64,000 nt of DNA, from assembly GCA_009602735.1 (NCBI GenBank), contig WELA01002985.1, forward strand, positions 447,527 to 511,526, in the 5' to 3' direction. Every line of letters starts with the position of its first letter. The first letter of the stretch is position 1. Below the pieces are notes generated by a model, which was not told the origin of the DNA, ran no database searches, and was given only the letters and a program-made list of their open reading frames with translations. Shown here one piece after another: positions 62,639 to 64,000 of the stretch. Position numbers and translations under genes: made by a program. Source of the DNA: Mesotaenium endlicherianum (Eukaryota).

Positions 62639-63529
62639 CTACTGTTGAGGTTGCTTCGCCTTCACATGACAGTCTCGAGCCAGATGTCCAAGCTTGCCAC
62701 AATAATAGCAGGGTCCTCTCGACTTCAAATTATGCTGCCTGCGCTGGTACTGAGCAAGTCCCAACTCCATAGGTACTGGACCTTGAACACTCGTGCTTGG
62801 TGCTTGAGATCCAAAGTGTCGATATCCTCCAAAGTTGTGGCTGCCCCACTGTCTCTGACTATATTCCAGAGCGTCGACCCTTGTTGCCAATGCCATCATT
62901 TCTCCAAGACTAGTAAGGTCCTTGAGCGCCACTTCCTTGGCCACAGTTGGCTTGAGTCCCCTCTTGAACTTGTCCATCATCTCCGAATTGTGCATGGATG
63001 GACATTGAAGCACCAGCTCGTTGAAGCGCAAAACATACTCCTGAATGCTTCCTCGTTGACGAAGGCGCACCAATAGATCTCGAGCTGCAGCCTCGGGTGC
63101 GATAGGTTGAAATTGCCTCTTCAAGCCTTCAAAAAGTTGATCAATTGTAGCAGGAAATCCAGACAGCTGCTCCTCTCGCTCATACCAAGCTCCAGCACTC
63201 TTCTTCAGCAAAGTAATCACAAAGGCAACTTGCCTGTCGGGCGTGAGCGCAGAATTCTCCATAAACTTCTTCACCTCAAAAATCCATTGATGAACAGGCG
63301 GCGATGCACGCTCTCCAGTGCACACTTCAGGCTTAGGCGCACGCACTCCTGATGCGGGTACAATAACTGGTTGCACCACTGGATTAACATGGATTGGTGG
63401 TACAACAGGTGCAGGTGCCGAACTTGTTGAAGCGGCATTCCCAACAACAACTCGCACCATTCTCTCCATCTCCGCGCACATATTTTGTTGAAATTGGGCG
63501 TAGACTTCTCCTCCAATTGCATTTGCCAT
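62639..63529 (-). CDS. gag: gag of element 2
   Basis: 296-aa ORF with LRQRGSIQEYVLRF, FKRGLK, GPVPMELG and zinc knuckle CYYCGKLGHLARDC. Confidence 0.9.
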   Translation of the reverse strand: MANAIGGEVYAQFQQNMCAEMERMVRVVVGNAASTSSAPAPVVPPIHVNPVVQPVIVPASGVRAPKPEVCTGERASPPVHQWIFEVKKFMENSALTPDRQVAFVITLLKKSAGAWYEREEQLSGFPATIDQLFEGLKRQFQPIAPEAAARDLLVRLRQRGSIQEYVLRFNELVLQCPSMHNSEMMDKFKRGLKPTVAKEVALKDLTSLGEMMALATRVDALEYSQRQWGSHNFGGYRHFGSQAPSTSVQGPVPMELGLAQYQRRQHNLKSRGPCYYCGKLGHLARDCHVKAKQPQQ

Positions 63530-63679
63530 TTACCTTAGCATTGCCTGCATTTCCTGTTGCTCTCTGGTCATCGTTGGTGCTGCCTGCTGCGCTCAACATG
63601 CTCAACATGTTCGCCTCCTCTAGCTGCCGGCTGCGACTCCATAATATAATATGCAAACTAGCCCAGCTCCGATACCAGA

Positions 63680-64000
63680 TGAAAGGGGCAGAGTGCCCCT
63701 AGTGGAAGCGTAGTAACTTACGAGGAAAGGAACTAGTTGCAATCATACTAAAGAGTGCAGCGGCATATCACTAAGAAAGCTTAGGAATATTACTCAACAT
63801 TTGAGTAGCAAGATACTGCTCACAAATGATGTAGAATGGAAGGCCTTGTCATTGCAAACCCGTAGAAATTTACAGAAGTGAAAACTGATGAGAAATGAAG
63901 AAGTTATGCCTTTTTATAGTTTTCTACCCCAATGCTCCTCTCCAGGAGGAAGCTACGGAATTTTCTAAGTGTTCGTCAAATCGTCCCTTCCAGAATATTT
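63680..64000 (-). repeat. 5' LTR of element 2 (partial)
   Basis: Begins TGAAAGGGGCAGAGTGC as at 58294; adjacent to PBS. Confidence 0.9.

Larger units (their letters stand above)
58294..64000 (-). mobile_element. Chromovirus (Ty3/gypsy) LTR retrotransposon 2, nearly full length, nested in element 1
   Basis: 3' LTR 59034-58294 (TG...CA), 5' LTR from 63680 beyond the window end, PBS TGGTATCGGAGC 63677-63666, PPT GAGGAGGGGGATGA ending at 59035. Order gag-PR-RT-RH-INT-chromodomain. Confidence 0.95.

Overview
Eukaryotic, intron-rich, GC-rich nuclear DNA from a draft assembly with many N gaps. The proteins are land-plant-like and the gene structure is consistent with a streptophyte green alga; the species cannot be determined from sequence alone. 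Bases 1-50 kb carry spliced genes: a FAD-dependent monooxygenase (-, partial), a GDSL lipase with substituted catalytic residues (+), a plastid PPR protein resembling At5g39980/PDM3 (+), a TMEM230/DUF872 gene (-), a complete 13-exon glutamine-dependent NAD+ synthetase (+), large low-complexity exons (-) and an Rpp21/Snm1-like zinc-finger gene (-). Two orphan exons of unrelated genes (type-II DHQ synthase, LIP1/RabL3 GTPase) sit next to single-N joins, and two exact duplications flank N gaps; these are probably assembly artefacts. Bases 54-64 kb are a nest of LTR retrotransposons: a Ty3/gypsy element with a solo LTR in its 5' LTR and a chromovirus inserted in its RT motif. The chromovirus has a clear -1 frameshift signal. 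The most striking unexplained pattern is reversed intron polarity: C-rich tracts after donors and G-rich tracts, instead of a polypyrimidine tract, before acceptors, suggesting structure-assisted splicing. All homology calls are from recalled motifs, not database searches.
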